Source: Elsinoe ampelina (lineage: Eukaryota). Taken from it: a stretch of 64,000 nt of DNA. Position 1 is the stretch's first letter. Each line of letters begins with the position of its first letter. Location: positions 227,588 to 291,587 of the forward strand of contig ML992509.1 of NCBI GenBank assembly GCA_010093995.1, in the 5' to 3' direction. Below are positions 38,014-49,969 of the stretch, piece after piece. A model generated the notes under the pieces. The model did not search any database. It saw only the letters and a program-made list of their open reading frames with translations, and was not told the origin of the DNA. Made by a program: the position numbers and the translations under genes.

Positions 38014-40122
38014 ATGTCCCTATCGACCGATATTTCTACCTAAGCTCGAATTGGCCATTAGCGCGCCCTAAATAGTTTACTTGACTTCTCTATAGCATTA
38101 CTACCACTAGATAGCTTGATCGAGAGTTCTAAGCAATCTCTAACTCCTTAGCCAGAGGGTGGTTATAAGATTGACAAAGAGAGGTTAACTATATATCCTG
38201 TCTAACGCGTAACACAATTGTGCGCTTTATTAGCTACTAGAAGGTTATTGCTACTCTCGAACTTAGAGCAAACACCTACTCTGCTAAGCGATAGTAACAC
38301 TTAGTTAAGTGCTTGGAACGTTCGATTTCGAGACCCTCTAGTATTAGAGGAGCCTAATAAATACTTTCTAAGCAATTTACATCGCTCTAACTACTTAATA
38401 GCTAGTAAGCTACTATCTACCTTCGAGTCTAAGCCTATCTATTCGAAACTGCCGACTAGTTATAAGAGAAGGAAACCTTAAGCTACAACTATAGAAACTA
38501 GTAAGGAAGAGGACGCGCTAGTTATAAAGGCTATTAAAAAGACTCTGCTAAGATAGCTAAAAAAGGGAGCTAAGAATGCTAATAGTCTAAGAACCTATAC
38601 TTATGCTAAGAGTGACCCCCGACAACCTCTTAGAGCACTACAAGATAGCGATACAAATAAACAAACACTATAAGGGGCTTTAGAGAGTCGGAAAGGTACC
38701 TAGTACTCTATTTCTAACTCCTCTAGTGCTTGTAATATTATATTGTCGTCGCCGAGGGGTCGGTAGGTATTAAGCTAGTAGAAGGCTTTACTACTAGTCT
38801 CCTTACAGCTACGGGTCGTTAATTTCCTTTTATAGTGGATTACCGAACTTAATAGAGATATAATCGGCAATGTAGAGAGTACTAGAAACACTACTAAGAG
38901 TCTATTAGGCCTCTAGCTAGATTTAAGCCGCCTTATTAACTATACCGCTAGCGAGATAGAGGTCGAGTTACGCATTAAGGACTATAATACTAAGCTCTTT
39001 AACTGTGTAAACACTCTTAAACTATGCGCCGTCTTTAAGGACTTTAGTGCCCTCGACTCTTCCTATTATAGGCTTAAGTAGCAGCTGCAATTTTATAGTA
39101 ATATTAAGGTCTAGTACCTTAAGCTTGTTATTAGAGAGTTATAGATTACACCGGCGGTAGAGGTGCTAGTTACGCTAGTTATACTAAGCGCTCCTCTAGA
39201 GGTGTTATAATCTTAGTAGTTAGCGCCTTCTTCGCTAACTAAGTACGTGCCACTAGATGCTTAAATAAGCTAGAACGACCTTAGGGAGGTACGCACTAAC
39301 TTAGCACGTAATTGCTAGGCTAAGACGCACTTCCGAGACTAATTCTAGCTTAATATAAGGAGTCTTTAGAGTTGTACTAGCGTGTACTATCTAAACAAGC
39401 GTCGAGTAGTATACTTCTCTATAGACAACGCCGAGTTAATTATACACTATTCTATTACTAAGGACGTAGCTTTTATATAGTATAAGGACCTCCGCGCCGG
39501 CAATTCGACTATCTAGTAGCCTTTAAAGTATGTAATTAAGCAAATTTAGAAGGCCTATTACCGGATTTAGAAACAATATAACTAACGCCGAAGTATTAAA
39601 GGCTAGTTCTTCTTCTCTTTCTCTAGGGCTCTACTATATCCCCTCTATCCCCCCCCTCTCTACTAATAATTCTTTATAAATAGCTATAGTTCTATAGCAC
39701 CTCTTCCGACCTCTACTAACACCTCTACTAACCCTTATTATCTAGCTTAACGTAGTTTAAGGTTACTACGCTCTTAAAGTAATAGATTCTCCTCGTACGC
39801 TAAGGGACTCGACTCTCTAGCCTACCTCTACTAATTTTTCAAGTTTCTTAAGCATAAAAATCTAACTTACTAAGCATAGCTTAGTGCTACCTTTACGGAC
39901 CTTAAGCGTAGCTATTAGAACGTAAGGCTACTTTAAAAGGCATTAAAGAACAATGTTAAAGAGGCTATACTATAATTTAGCCTTTGTAGCCTTATCTAGT
40001 TATTTCTCCGGAGGTTTATACGTAAGTATTTACTACCTATCGATAGAGTACTATAGAACAACGCGTAGCGTAACAATAAGGCTAATATTAAGACTAATAT
40101 AGATAATAACAAGCTTATATAG
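38014..40122 (+). pseudogene. RIP-mutated cargo ORF of unknown function inside the Tc1 element
   Basis: One frame from the ATG at 38014 reads as protein-like for about 700 codons. The stops I read are TAA/TAG, which can revert to CAA/CAG/TGG. Confidence 0.6.
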
Positions 40123-40149
40123 TCCTTCTATTAATATTATACATTTACT

Positions 40150-41280
40150 ACGCAACTCCTAAAGATAGCCTTCTAATCTACGCCGTTGCTAAACCTATTA
40201 GCCGCCTCTTACATAAAGTCTATAAAATCGCTATAATACTCTAGTAATAGCTACTCCGGCGTAAGGTAGCGGTAACAGCGCATCTACTACTTTAATAGGT
40301 GGAAGCTCTTCTCTATTAGATTAAGATCTAGTAAATAGGCTAGTAGGAAGATAATAGTAACCCCGTAACTACGAGCAATATATATAAGTACCTAAAGTGT
40401 TAGCTTAGCGCTTACTTATATTTAATTTTGCTTACTTTACGCCGGTGAATCGAGTAATTATCTAGTACTACCACTGACTACGGGCCTAGAAAAGGTATAT
40501 ACTATAGCATTAGGTAGTTCTAAAACTAATCCTCGAAGATCTCGGCAGTAATTAAGCCTTAGAAGACTATAGGATCCTTTAACTACCCCTCCTTAGTAAT
40601 AGCTAGAAGCACTAAGAAGCGCTTACTAATATGCTAGCCTGTCTAATTCGCTACTAGTACGCCTTATACAGTATAACCTCGGCGCCTTATTAAGCACCTT
40701 TTGCTTACTATAGCCTCGTTAACAAAGACGAGCTAGTTGCTCTAATAGTGCTTAATATCCTTACGCTAAGTACTACGTAATCCCTTGTCTCTCTAGCTAG
40801 TAATTCGACCTATTACCTTAAGTAGCAAATCTCGAGAAAGGAGGCTACGACTAATAGTAGATTATAACACTAATACTCCCTATTTAAGCTTAAGGTACTC
40901 TACGTACTTGTCTAAGTATATATTAGGCTTATCTATTATAAGCCGCTTAAGATTATTAAGCATCTTGTTAGTAAGGGTCCTTAGCCGACCCCTATCTTAG
41001 AGGGCTATTAGAAGCTTAATATAGCTAGTATTATGCCAATTTTTGCGCCTCTAGCTAATAGCGCTATATAAGAGGTAAAGTATAAGCCTATATATGCTAT
41101 CTATTGTCCTTCTATCCTTAAAAAAGGCTTAGAGATTGCGTTGATCTTGAATAGATAGCTAAGATAGTTACGGCGCTATAAGATGGCAATCTAGCTTGTG
41201 TCTAGTTTGTAATCCAAGATAGGGTCTAATTCGCGCTAGATAAATGTCTAACTTAGCCTCCGAGATAGATTAATAGTATA
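40150..41280 (-). pseudogene. Tc1-like DD34E transposase (ends approximate)
   Basis: De-RIP VVVLDNCSIH (D at 40460-62), a 44-nt intron at 40392-40435, then FLPAYSPDLNPIE (40311-40349). Exactly 34 residues lie between D and E after splicing. Confidence 0.88.
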
Positions 41281-41584
41281 GACTAGTTCGGCTTTAAATG
41301 GATGCGAGATGGATGAATAATTCACGAAATGGGCAAATATTAGTGGATTTTGGTGGGTGCAGCTATCTAAAACGCCAAGCTTATCCCGCGATTTTTGGGC
41401 ACAAGAATAAGCCCCGCGAAGGGTTGAAGAGCCCGAAGAAATTGCCCCGCACCACGTCATTTGTCGGAGCCCTTTGTCAAACAAATGTTTCCATACCCAC
41501 CTCGTCCTCTATCGCACTCTTGAAGACACTTTCCTGGTTCTCTCTTTTCCCCAGATTATACGCTCAAGTTTGGTATCTGCTACC

Positions 41585-42987
41585 ATGGCAGACATACCAG
41601 ATACTCACGTTCTCGCAATCGCAAGCCATGTATGTCCCTCGAGCTTTAATCGAATCTGTCACTGACTCTCAAGGTAACCTACGGGTAAGCGATCCAATAT
41701 CTCCGCCGTGTCTTGCCATTGAGTCTCTTCACAAGCTATGTCGGCAACACGATGGCAACCTTTGTCATGCAATGTCTCGGCTGCGAGGTGTCAGCCATCA
41801 ATACGGTCAACTTCAGTACGACACTAAATGATTTGGACAGCGACAAGAGGATCAGAAGCTGATTAGGATCTACTTCAACAGGTAATCACACGGCGTACCG
41901 ACAGGTCAAAGGTCGAAAAACGCCTTGGGAAGAGGTTGAGGAACTATACGAAGGGCTGAAGCAGTCGGGTTTGAACGATTTTGACATGATGCTTTCCGGT
42001 TACTGCCCGACTGCAGAAGTGGTAGGGCAGGTGGGGAAGATTGCGCGAGAGAAGAAGCTGGCTGCCGCGACGAAGCCTGGATCGTTCTTTTGGGGTACGC
42101 TGTACAACATAACGAGAAGGGCAAGGCTGAACCAAGGCAGTATTGGATCCGGTCATGGGAGACAACGGGAAGATTTACGTCCAGGAGGACACGGTGCCGG
42201 CATATAAAGGTCTCCTTAAGGACGCAGACCTCATACTGCCGAACCAATTCGAGGCGGAGTAAGTTTTTACAACTAATCCCTGAGGTCGTCGGCTGACAAT
42301 CACACTACTAGACTACTTTCAGGAGTCGAAATCAAAGACGAAGAGTCCCTTGCGAAAGCTATTCAGGTCCTCCACATACAGCATCGAACACCACACATCA
42401 TAATCACCTCCGTCCGCTTCGGCGAAGACGCGAACCAACTATCAATCATCGGATCCAGCGCAAAGTCAGACATGAGTCCACGGCTATTTAAGCTCACCAC
42501 GGAAGCCTTGCCCGTCTTCTTCTCCGGCACAGGAGATATGTTCGCCGCATTGATGGTTGCACGGTTACGGGAAGCGTGCAGCAAAGCAGATCTGCTCACA
42601 AAATCGAGCTGGCAGTCGCCTGATGATGTGTCGGCAGAGGAGTTGCCTCTTGCGCAGGCGACGGAGAAGGTGCTGGCAAGCATGCATGCAGTATTGGAGA
42701 AGACGATGCGGGCGAGGGAGATAGAGGTGGAGGTGATGGAGCAGGAGGTGCATGGGCAGGAGGATAGTGAAAAGAAGAAGCACTTGCGTCTGACGAAAGC
42801 GGCCGAGGTGCGCGTGGTGAAGAACGTTAAGGATCTGATCAGTCCTCCTGAGACTGCAGACTTCAAGGCTGTACCACTCGGCAAAGCAGCGGAAGTCGAG
42901 GTAGATCTGAAACCCGAAGCAGATGAGCTTGGTGTGGTAAAGACCGGCTTAGGAGGGGGCGAAGACGGAGCCGTACATCAGACGTGA
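41585..42987 (+). CDS. BUD16: Pyridoxal kinase (Bud16/PdxK family)
   Basis: VLAIASH | VTYG | YVGN...INTVNFS | NHTAY, then LSGY, LDPVMGD, PNQFE and FSGTGDMF. Confidence 0.9.
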
Positions 42988-43105
42988 TACCCATTGCATA
43001 ACGAGCTTTACTCCTTGACCATATCGACCTAGGTATTCGTGTCGTGTCATATACTTTTGATGTTGAACCAATCCCAAGCCCCTCCCCCTTCCTTCCCAGC
43101 TCCCC

Positions 43106-43974
43106 TCACTGCCCACCATTAATCGGCGGCAAAGTCGTCCCAAAACCCCCCGTCGACCCAAACCCACCAGCGCCCCTGACGCTCTCCCCCAACTTCTCCA
43201 CCACCACCACTTCCGGCGTATAAATCTGTCATCGTCAGTGCCTCTTCTCCCCAACCCATACAGCCCAGCACTCACCCTCTCAACAATCAACTGCGCAATC
43301 CTATCCCCCTCGTTCACCTCAAACCCCTCCTCCCCCGTATTGAACAACAAAACCTTCACTTCCCCCCTGTAATCAGCATCAATCACCCCAGCCCCCGTAT
43401 CGATCCCATGCTTGACCGCCAGTCCACTCCTCGGCGCCACCCGCCCGTACGTCCCCTCCGGCACCGCGACGGCGATATCCGTGCTCACCAACGCGCGGCC
43501 GCGCGCGGGGATGCTGGCGGGGCGGGAGGCGTAGATGTCGTAGCCCGCCGCGAGGGCGGAGCCGCGGGTGGGCGGGCGGGCGGTGGTGGAGAGGAGTTGG
43601 ATTTGGAGGGGAGCGGGGGCGTGGGTGGCCATCGGGGGCAGGTGGGAGATGGCGGGGATGGCGGAGGGGGAGAGCGGGGGGAAGACGGTGGAGGGGGTGG
43701 GGGTCGGGGCTTTGTCGTCGTTGAGGATTGCTGGGGAGACCGCGTTAGATTGGTGATTCGAGAGGATGAGGAGGGGAATGGGAGGGGAGGAGAGGGAGTT
43801 GGGAGGGTGATGGGGAGACTAGGAGGGAGAGGAAGAGGGGCTGGAGGGGGTCTGCTTACAGGCGACGGAAAAGTTGCTGGCGGGCTCAATGACTTTGGTC
43901 CGTTTGTGTGGTGGTGATGCTGGTGAGGTGGGAGGACTGCGCTCGATTGTGGGTGTTTCTACGGGTTCGGCCAT
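43106..43974 (-). CDS. DUT1: dUTP pyrophosphatase (with a putative upstream exon)
   Basis: [29 protein letters not shown] and GDRIAQLI. Intron 43226-43275 restores [10 protein letters not shown]. An upstream exon 43974-43860 splices in frame through intron 43731-43859. An alternative start lies at 43632. Confidence 0.93.
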
Positions 43975-44037
43975 GGTTCAATGGCTTGCTGTTGGTTCGA
44001 GCTGGCGTCGGTCGATGCTTGACTTGAATGGGAAGCT

Positions 44038-44053
44038 ACGCGTCTGGGCGCGT
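44038..44053. promoter_or_regulatory. Twin MCB-like boxes upstream of DUT1
   Basis: ACGCGT at 44038-44043 and GCGCGT at 44048-44053, about 65-80 bp upstream of the ATG at 43974. Confidence 0.6.
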
Positions 44054-44667
44054 GTATGACTAAGCGGTTATCGTTATTGCTTTTCACAACAACGCCCCTT
44101 CTATAGTCACTCATTTGTATACAGCGTGACCCTCATGTCCTAAATGGCGGTTCTGGCAAGAGCAGGTAAGGGTATCTTTGTGCCGCAGGAATGTTTGACC
44201 AAGCTTCTCCTCTAGTACATCTGATGCATATACGTTTGGTTTCGCTCTTTTCCATGTCACGTTGATATGATCGCTGTTGATTCGAATCGTTCTTCAGAGG
44301 CGAGAAACGCAGTACAGAAAGGCAGTGAGATTGCCGAGATCATGTCACGTGTCATCCTCCGCAAACTACCTCCTGAGTTGGCGGCACACGCCTCACAACA
44401 CAGGGCATTTCTTGTTCTGAAGTGCCAACATACCACACAGGGGAAAGACGAGGGATTAAATCATCAGTCGAGATGTGCTTGCTCTATTATACAGGTGCTG
44501 CAAACTAGGTATTATCGCCACTCGAAGCCACAAATTTCAACATAGGAACAAGTGCTCAAACGAATCCCCCCAGAAGCTGTCCGCGCCGAAACACGTCCCT
44601 AATCATCGCTCTCATTGCTTGAAGTAAAGTCGTCCCCAGCTCGGGTGTCTCTCGGTGTTGGAAAGTC

Positions 44668-47600
44668 CTACTTGCCACCGAAGAGACCGCCAACGAGGGG
44701 CAGGCTCTTTGCACCTCCGCCCTTCTTCTTCTTCTTGTCATCGCCTCCGAAGAGACCGCCGATGCCGAGACCGCCCAATAGCTTGTCGACGCCGAGACCG
44801 CCTGGATTTGGTTAGTTTCGTGTCAGGTAGCGCAGATTGAGAGCACTTACCAAGGAGACCGTTCACCAGTCCTCCGAGACCGAGACCGTTGAGAAGCTGT
44901 CCTACGAGGCCAAGCACACCTGGTTAATTCGTTAGTGAATCTGTACCAAACAAATGTTGACTTGGATATCTCACCTGCGAGCAACAGACCAACAGCAGCG
45001 AGGATCTGGAACAGCGGCTGCGTCAACAAGCCCCAGAGCGGGTTGAGCTTCTTCTTGGCATGAGGCATGTCGTTGATGCGCTTCTTAGCGTTATCGATGG
45101 TTGTGACGACTGTGGTGGTGAGTTCCTTGAGGCACTCAGCCAGACGCTGCTCCTCGGGCGACGCCTCCTTGGTGCCGTGGCGACCCTTGGCTTGGGCGGC
45201 AATGTGTCCGTCTGGGTCGAGACCGCGGAGGGAACCATTGCATTCCTGGAGGATACGGCCACCCTCTTCGATGAGGGGCTTGACGTTGTTGACGAGTTCT
45301 TCTTCGTCGAGCTCCTCACGGGGAGTGCGGTCGGCGGCCTCGATGTGCTGGGAAAGTGTTAGTTGCTGCTTCAAATGGGTGATGGGAATGGATTTACCTC
45401 AGTGATCTGCTTGCACACCGGCTGGATGCGCTCCAGAGTCTGAGTGCAGATGGTTGCCATCTTCTCAGCGATCTGGCGCTCTTCCCCGCGCTTCTGGTCC
45501 TCCTCGGTGGGGCCCTCATCTTCCTCCTCGATGATGTTCTCGAGCAGCGTGGCTCCGCCGATCTTGTTGCCATCGTTGTCAACGACGTTTCCGGAGTCAT
45601 CGATCTCGCAGCCTACGCAGTGACCGAGATCACCGGCGGTGAGACGACCAATGACATCTCCGTTCTCGTCACGGACTTCTCCCTCACGGTTGACCTTGCG
45701 GCCGGACATGGGGGAGATCTTCTTCTCCTTCTGCTCGGGCTCCCAGCGCTCGGCCTTGCCGATGACATTACCGTTCTTGTCGAGGATGTCACCAGATTCG
45801 TCGATGTGGTGGTTGACAAGCTTCTTGACATCTCCCTCGATAATACGACCGATGATGTCGCCAGCGGGAGTGACGACGGTGCCCTCCTTAGTGACGACCG
45901 CGTCATCGAAGCCGGCGAAAGGTCCCTCGGGAGAAGTATCCTGGCCGTGGACAAGCTCAGCACGGCCAACGACCTTGCCAGAGTTGTCCCAGATCTGACC
46001 CTCGCCATCGACTTTCTTGCCAATCAAGCTCTTGACATCACCCTCGGCAACACGACCGATGATGACACCAGAATTGTCGACAACATTGCCAGCCTTGTTG
46101 ACAGTGCAGCCAGCAAGGGCAGAGAGATCCTCGGGCTGCTCCTCTTCCTCCTCGTACGGCTCAGCGTGACCCTTGGTGTTGCCAAACTTGTCGAGGATGT
46201 CACCGTCCTCATCGACAGCGAGGCCGACGAGGCGCTTGACGTTGCCATCAGTGACAACACCTACGACATTGCCATTGTCATCTTCAACGTAACCCTCCTT
46301 GTTCACGTGGAGCCCTTCCAGACCGGCGAAGATGCCCTCTGGCTTAGCCACACGCTCGTTCTCAGGGAGGACCTCGCAACGACCAGCGACCTTGCCAGTG
46401 TCGGAGTAGATGTATCCGTTCTCGTCGCAACGGCGGCCGGCGAGTTCCTTAACGTTGCCCTCGACGAGCTTGCCAATGGGGATCTGCTCCTCGTTGACGA
46501 CGAAACCCTGCTTGTTGAGGACCTTGCCGTTGAGGATAGAGTTGTCGATCTCAACCTCCTCCTCTTCAGGGAGAGGCTCGGCGTGACCCTTGACGTTGCC
46601 GTACTTGTCAACAATATCTCCATCTTCGTCAACAGCAAGACCGATCAGGCGCTTGGCGTTACCCTCGACGATCTGGCCAACAATGTTCTCGTCCTCGTCG
46701 GCGATCTTGCCGTCGGCAACGACACGCAGGCCGACGAGACCAGCAAATGGTCCTTCAGGCTTAGCCTCACGCTCGTTCTCAGGAATGAGCTCGACGCGGC
46801 CGATGACCTTGCCAGAATCGTTCCAGATCTGGCCTTCGCCATCAACCTTCTTGCCAGCGAGCTCCTTAGCGTTACCCTCGACAAGACGGGCGATGGGCAC
46901 ACCCTCGTCGCCGATGATGAGACCAGACTTGTTGAGGACCTTGCCCTCGAGGCTGGACAAGTCAATCTCCTCAGGAGGCGCCTCCTCCTCAGCTTCGGGC
47001 TCCTCGTAGCGCTCAGCGTGGCCAACGACAGTGCCGCGCTTGTCGATGATGTCTCCATCTTCGTCAACAGCACGACCAACCAGCTTCTTGGCATCGCCTT
47101 CGACAACGACACCGACGCGGTTTCCGTTCTCGTCCTCGACGTAGCCGTCCTTGGTGACGAGCAGACCCTCGAGGCCGGCGAATGCAGCCTCCTCCTCTGG
47201 GTCCTCGGTCTGAACTGTCTGCGCACGACCAATGACGTGACCCTTGTTGTCCCAGAATTGACCCTCGGCATCACAAGTGGTGCCACTCTTGCTGAGCTTC
47301 TTCGCGTCACCTTCAATGAGCTCGCCGACGACGGTACCGTTGGAGTCGATAAGCTTGCCGGACTTGTTGACAGTGAGTCCTTCGAGAATGGAGAGGGGTG
47401 GGAGTTCGACACCAGAGTCTTCGGCGGCTTCTTGTGCCTCTTCGGCGGCATTCTCTGCATCTTCAGCGGCGTTCTCTGCATCTTCAGCGGCGTTCTCTGC
47501 GTCTTCGGCGGCCTGCTCGATAGGGTTGCCCTCGGCGTCGAGGAGTTGGAGATCTTCTTCGACACCTCCTTCGAGCTCCTGCTCGGTGAGTTCCTGTGGG

Positions 47601-49969
47601 AGGGTCTTGACGCGACCAATGATGTTGCCATCCTTGTCGAGGACTTCGCCCTTGTCGTTGACCTTCTTGCCGGCGCACTCGGAAAGCTCACCCTCAGTAA
47701 GTTCACCAATCTCTTCGCCGTCTTCGTTGAGGATCTTGCCCTTCTTGTTGACCTTGAGACCCTCGAGGATGTCGAGGTTAGGAATCTTGAACTGAGGCTG
47801 GGCTTGGGCGGCCTCTTCAGCGGCCTCTTCGACCTCCTCAGCGGCCCCTTCGACCTCCTCTGGGAGTTCGCCGAGCTCGGAGAGAAGCTGCTTGGTAGCC
47901 TCCTCCGCGGCCTCACCAGGTACGATGCCGACGTGGCCAATGACTTCGCCGTTCTTGTCGAGAACCTCTCCCTTGTCGTTGACTTTCTTTCCAGCGCACT
48001 CGGAGAGTTCTCCATCCTTGAGCTCACCAATCTCCTCACCTTCTTCGTCTAAGATCTTGCCCTTCTTGTTGAGCTTCTTGCCGTCGAGGATGCGGATGTC
48101 GAGAGTGGTAACAGTCTCCTTGAGCTTCTCAGCGGCGCCCTCAGCAAGGCCGACAGTGCCGAGGACATTGCCCTCGGCGTCGACGACCTGACCTTCCTCG
48201 TTGATCTTGAGGTCTTCGGCCTTGAGGTCACCAGATTCAAGCTTCTCCTTGAGTTCCTCGGCTTCGGTTCCCTCGAGCTGGCCGAGGAGGTTACCCTCGT
48301 CATCAAGGATCTCGCCAGCCTCGTTGAGCTCGCGGCCCTCGAGCGCTTCGACGCCAGGGAGCTGATCTTCGATGCCGTCAACAGCATCCTCAGCTTGGTC
48401 GTAAAGGCCGGCAGCTTCTTCGTGGACTTGAGCGTGGCCGATGACGTTGCCGTCGTTGTCGATGAACTCGCCCTGGTCATTGAGGGTGGCGTTCATGAGT
48501 TCTTGTGGGTCGCCATCGATGACTTGACCGATGGTATCACCCTCCTCGTTGTAGATAAGACCAGTTGGGTCGCATGTGAGTCCCTCCAAGATATTGAGGC
48601 CTGGAAGGTTGAGCTCATCACCAACATCGTCGGTGTCTGGGAGCTGGTCAAGAATGTCTTCTGGGATGCCCTCTGGCAGCTCGCCCTTCTCCTTGAGTTC
48701 GATGAGCTGCTTCTTGGCAGCTTCCGGGAGGAGTTCGACACGACCGACAAGATCTCCATCGTCATCGAGAATCTCGCCGTTGTCGCCGATTGGATAGCCA
48801 GCGAGGTCTTCGGCGTCGCCCTCAGCAAGCTTGCCGATGGGGCCGTCAGGGCCCTCGACAGTTCCGTCGGGCTGAACTTCGAGGCCCTTGAGGACGGAAA
48901 GGTCGAGTGGGAGTTCGTTGAGATCAGGAAGGTCGCCAGTCGCACCCTCTGCCGCTTCACCGGCCTCATCGGCAGCGCCCTCTGCAGTCTCACCAGCCTT
49001 GTCGGCAGCATCACCAACAGCATCAGTGGCGTCGCCAGCAGCGCCTTCAGCAGCTTCGCCGGCGTCACCGGCCACCTTCTCTGCGTCGCCAACGGCGCCC
49101 TCGGCTGTGTCCTGGGCATCTTCCGCGACACCCTCAGCGGTTTCCTTAAGGTTGTCGCCAGTCTTGGTAGGGTCCTCTGCAGTCTTGCCGGCAAGACCTT
49201 GTGCCTTGCCTGCGAGACCCTTGGCCCCGCTCAGAACGCCACCGGCGCTGTCCTTGACATTGCCGGCAACCTTACCGCCGGCATCAGTGGCGTCGTCTCC
49301 AGTCTCGTCATCGTTACTCTCTGCGACATCTCCGGCCTTCTCTGTGGCATCGTCGGCAATGTCTGTGGCTGTGTCCTCGGCATCGTCGGCAGTGTCTTGA
49401 GCAGTGTCGGTTGCTGATTCACCGAGGTCCTCAACTGACTCTGCAGCTTCGGAAGCTTGCGACTCAACACCCTCCTTGGCTTGTGACACCTTGCTGAGCG
49501 GGCCCTCGTCGTCATCTTCGTCGTCCTTCATTTCAACACGGCTGGCACCCTCTGGGATGCCCTCGACCTCCTCACCGGCATCGCCAGCAGCGCTCTCAGC
49601 TGTGTCTTTAGCGCCTTTAGCAGTCTCAGTAGCCTTGCCGGAGAGATCGCTAGCTCCTTTCGGGGCTGATGGTGTGCTTGGCTTCTGGACGCCGGATGTG
49701 GATGGTGTGTTTGGCTTCTTCACGCCTGAAGCGGGATTGCTGCCTTGACCCAGTTTTGGAGTCACGGAGCTCTGTGGTTTGCGACCCAGCTTGGTCGGAG
49801 TCTTGGGCGCACCGCCCGTCGCCTTTCCGGCAGCAGGCGAAGGAGCCATGCTGTCAGGTGAGCGGGAGGTTTGAATGGAGGAAGCTCGCGAGGTGCGCGA
49901 GGGAGCTGGAGAAGTCTTTGTGGGTGTTTTGGGGAACGGGAAATAAGCGTATTGTGAAGGATTGCTCAT
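44668..49969 (-). CDS. Very large acidic repeat protein (DUF3659-repeat, 'LEA domain' type)
   Basis: Likely start MSNPSQY at 49969. An Ala/Asp/Glu-rich LEA-like region is followed by many L.G..V...G.V.D..G..IG.L.EG repeats. Introns at 45348-45397, 44920-44974 and 44802-44850 give a helical domain and a Gly/Leu-rich tail ending LFGGK*. Confidence 0.85.
47440..47512 (-). repeat. Coding 21-bp tandem repeat (AEDAENA, about 3 copies)
   Basis: TTCAGCGGCGTTCTCTGCATC is repeated in tandem on the + strand. Confidence 0.85.

Larger units (their letters stand above)
37850..41407 (-). mobile_element. RIP-inactivated Tc1/IS630-type (DD34E) TIR transposon carrying a second gene
   Basis: Perfect 34-bp TIRs at 37850-37883 and 41374-41407 (TTCTTGTGCCCAAAAATCGCGGGATAAGCTTGGC), with TA on both sides. 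The interior is TpA-rich and has transposase motifs on the minus strand. Confidence 0.92.

Noticed and set aside
38014..40122. Fanzor/TnpB nuclease as the Tc1 cargo
   Set aside because: I could not find RuvC motifs (D-x-G, E, D-x-N-A) or a C-terminal CxxC pair even allowing for RIP. Only a profile search on a consensus could exclude it fully.
45620..49417. Long + strand ORFs (810 aa and 340 aa) opposite the repeat protein
   Set aside because: These are antisense shadows caused by the strong codon bias of the real gene, and they carry no recognisable motifs.
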